A stretch of DNA of 64,000 nucleotides from Podarcis erhardii (Eukaryota): assembly GCA_964252035.1 (NCBI GenBank), contig OZ176209.1; one strand, 5' to 3'. Each line of letters starts with the position of its first letter. The stretch's first letter is position 1. Positions 60,557 through 64,000 of the stretch are shown in pieces. Made by a program: the position numbers and the translations under genes. The notes below the pieces were generated by a model. The model saw only the letters and a program-made list of their open reading frames with translations. It had not been told where the DNA came from and did no database searches.

Positions 60557-63500
60557 TTACTAAATTTCTATACCACCCATCATCTGATGATCACAGAGCA
60601 GTTTGCCATATAAAAACACAAAAATGAATAACATAATAACAACAAACAAAAACAATAACCTCCTCACACAGTTATTATTTATTAAATTCCACACAGTAAA
60701 CAATTACAAAAAAAAAAAATCTGTCACACCCAAATGCCACAGGAAACATCCAGATTTTAACTTGGTGCCAAAACAAGGCCACAGGTGGAACCAGGTGATT
60801 CTCAGAGGAGAGTATGTTCCATAGCCATAACAGGTAACCCTGGTGTTCTGCTGGGGTAGGTAATGTGGGCTGCATCCAATGTTCTCTGGCTACTAGTGCA
60901 AAGGCAAGTTTTAAAGTTGCATAACAGAGAAATCCAACCTAACAGCTGTGCTAGCAGAAACTTGCTGCTGAATATCTTGTACTGTTAGGCATGCAACAAA
61001 ATTTCTAGCAACCTGCTTATGCATTCTCTTTATGCAACAACACTCTGCTAGCACAAAATATGTGTAACACTTAAGCTACCAAGTGACTTTAACTTAATGC
61101 TGCATTAGATCCAACGCAAAAGAAAAGGAAAGATGCAGATATTCCCTGTACATCTTTCTACACTTCAGAGTCTGTGGGATATATACACATCTTTTCCCTT
61201 TAGATAGAACTCAGAAGTGTGAAGAAATACTACTTCCTCTGGTTCAGCTTCTGGAGAACATGCAAAGAGATTTGTCTTTTCCTGCTCCACACACGCTTTC
61301 TAAATGCTATATCCAGGATCAGAGGCACCTCTGAATATGTGTTGCTGCAGAACATGAGTGAGAGCTCCGCTGCCCTCCTTCTGGGTTTCCCATGGGTTGG
61401 CCATTGTGGAAAACAGGTTACTGCATTTTATAGGCCGTCAGTGAGAGGCAGCAAAACTCTATTTATGTTCCTAAGCTGCAAGTTAGTTAGACTTTCTCCA
61501 TAATTACATATGCAGGGTGTTGGCATCTGTTCATTACTTTACTAGTCTGTCCAGTAAAATCATGTGCTGGCTGATAAAACAGTGTTTGGATCTCACACAA
61601 GACAGCAAACCTTAGAACTCGGCTGATAAAAAGAGTTTGTTTGTTTCACGTGTATCCTGCCTGTCTCCCATCATGGAATACAAAGAGGTTATCAGAGGTC
61701 TTGAAGGGCACCAGTTTTCTCTTGGGAATCAGCCATTCTGGGAAGGTCCCTGAACCATGATGAAATTGTGAGAAAACACACACGGTTTCTGCCAAAATAT
61801 TTTGACCCCAGAATAAATCTATTGATGGCTGAAATCTCTCGCCTGCTTTTTCACTTTTTTATTTTTGCAAGCTCTGAAAAGATGCCATTGTCAGCTTTTC
61901 CTCCCCTGGTATCTGGGATTATGAAATTTTAATTATTATGTTTTCATTCTATCCAAAAGTGCTTTCTTGTGACCAGCAGGATTAAAGGCCAGAAGACAGG
62001 TTTGCTCTAGGAGGGTAAACAAAATCAGGATAATGTTTCCTGCATAGCTCTTTTTCAGACACCTCTTTTCTTCTCCTAGGGTGGTAAAGGTTTCCATGGT
62101 TCTGATGTAGTTACAGTGTAATTAGAGCTAACCAGCTGCCTGTGAAATAACCAAGTGTGTTTATCTATGCAATCGGAAACAAGGCATTGTAACGGGTAAA
62201 TCATAAACAGATGGGCATGCTGCCCTGTGGGGTTTGAAAAGGGGAGAGGATGACGTGGGAGGAGGAAACTCTTGCAGGATGGGAACAAATCATGGATCTT
62301 ACGATCTCATTGGAGTCAAATCCCAGTGTGATGTTTTGCACCATGGATGTCTGAAACTGTTATGCATGAATGGTCATCCATACAGCTCAACTACAAATAA
62401 CCTCCTAAACCACAATGGGCAGAATGTGACAACAATCCTCATGAAAGGATGTGAAAGCAGATTCATACAGGAAAGGGGATGCGTTCAGTTTACCTTCCTA
62501 GAAGGGAGAGTTTTGACAATTTACTTGACTTCTATCAAACCTTTTTGGAAGAAAGTTCTATTGAAGTTAAAGGCCCAATTTGGATGAACACTTAAGCAAA
62601 CCTTCCCCAACCTGGGGCCCTCTTGGATGACACCTCCCACCAGCCCATCAAGCAATGTCAATGTTCAGAGATGATGTGAGTTGTAGTCTAAATTGTAGAA
62701 TGCTGATCTAAAATCACAGTGAAGCCTTGGACTTGGTCTGATGCTCTTTCCCCTTCCCTCTCTTTGGTGCATGAGACAAGGATACCAACAGATTCTGTTT
62801 TCACTTTAGAACAAACCACAGTTTCAGGTTACACCCAACTTAGGGAACTTTGGTTTGTCCTAACCAAAGCCATGGTTTCAGTTCCTGTTCATTTTAAGTA
62901 ACGTCAGGTTAAACAAATCACAATTCTTCAAATTCAGATGTACTCCAAAAATAGGGGTTCTTCTAAGTGAAAGCAGAAGTTTTCACAGTCCTCCTGTATA
63001 GAAATGGTGATGGAGATTGGAAAGGCCATGGCTCAATGCACTTCATTCCCAGTCATGCCAATGAATACATGCATTCAGGAGTAGCTTCTTCATCTTGCAT
63101 GCCTAAAGCATGGTTCCTGGAACTATCTAGGCTGAACTGAAGTCAGCAGTTTCAAATTCACAACCTAACTTCCAGCCTTTCATGGACTAAAGCTTAAATC
63201 ATACAACCCGAGGGAATCCCGTTCTTACAAACTCAGGGTCTGAAGTCAATCTCCAATGTTTTAAGCACTTGATGTGGGCAATTCTGCTTTTCGCCTTGTG
63301 TAAGACAGAGATAATGTGTACTTTATAGTTCCTAACGACATGAGCATGGAGAAGACTATTAATTATATTCATCTCTATCAAATGCTTCTAAGCACCTCAG
63401 ACAAAAGGTGCTATACAAAAGTGAAGTGGCATTATAAAATGCTGTAAAACTGTAAGTTGCCACAGAAATGCTTGATACAGAATTAGGAAAATGAAGTTTC

Positions 63501-64000
63501 CCCTTGTCAATGTAAATAATAATTATTCTCTGTGGTGGGGAGTTCTTGATTTTATTTCTGTTATTATGATTACTTGCCTTAATTCCCAGGAAATCTAATC
63601 GGGATGTATTGACATACTTGCCCAATGGAAGAGAAAAATTGCTATGCTTGCTGTAGATAACTATTTACAAATACCTTTGGGAGGGCCCCACAGCTCAGCC
63701 TTGGAAGGAATGCGTACTTTGCATGTGTTGGGTCCTAGGCTCAATCCCGGGCTGCATCTCTCTGTTACAGTCCCATTTTATGATCCTTACTATGGGGAAT
63801 CTAATGATGAAGCTGCTACAGTGTCACAGCTCAGAAAAACCTTTTGAGGTTATTGTTGAAATACACATTTTCCTGTAGTCTGTAAATATAGTTTGGCACT
63901 CAGAATGTGCATATGTTTTCACTGCCACACTACATTTCCCTTCAAAAGTAACAAAAGGTTTTGAAAATTCAGCACATGCCAGTGGTGAGATCCAGTTATG

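Larger units (their letters stand above)
24902..64000 (+). other. TBXAS1 intron 9 (continues past the window end)
   Basis: Starts at a gtaagt donor; a visual scan found no LPYLDMVIAETLRMYPP-like exon downstream. Confidence 0.7.

Noticed and set aside
1-64000. CRISPR arrays, rRNA, prokaryotic operons or endogenous viral ORFs
   Set aside because: None seen; all long repeats are eukaryotic TEs or microsatellites, and no ORF resembled a viral protein I recognise

Overview
Vertebrate genomic DNA. The repeat families (Sauria SINE, BovB, squamate CR1/L2 tails) point to a lacertid-type lizard; this is inference. The + strand carries four consecutive internal exons of thromboxane-A synthase (TBXAS1/CYP5A1), matching human exons 6-9: 2995-3083, 4835-4983, 8369-8499 and 24584-24901. 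They splice in frame with GT-AG sites. I found no further TBXAS1 exon in the remaining ~39 kb. The rest is intron, dense in transposons: ~11 Tc1/mariner (Tigger-like) MITEs, several hAT MITEs with 8-bp TSDs, 3 Sauria SINEs, tRNA-Ala-derived SINEs, BovB/L2/CR1/RTE-X-like LINE fragments, a solo LTR and microsatellites. Highlights: (1) a 167-bp Penelope-like insertion 25 nt into intron 7 carrying a sense-strand minimal type I hammerhead ribozyme motif; (2) a speculative nested antisense gene in intron 9 (CCAAT, TATA, Kozak ATG, consensus donor; a phase-consistent 4-exon, 177-aa model with faint IL-1/beta-trefoil resemblance); (3) the I-helix keeps the canonical P450 Glu-Thr pair (AGYETT) where human TBXAS1 has AGYEII; (4) the frame-symmetric exon 9 is bracketed by inverted copies of several repeat families. 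All family assignments come from recalled consensus motifs; no database search was run.
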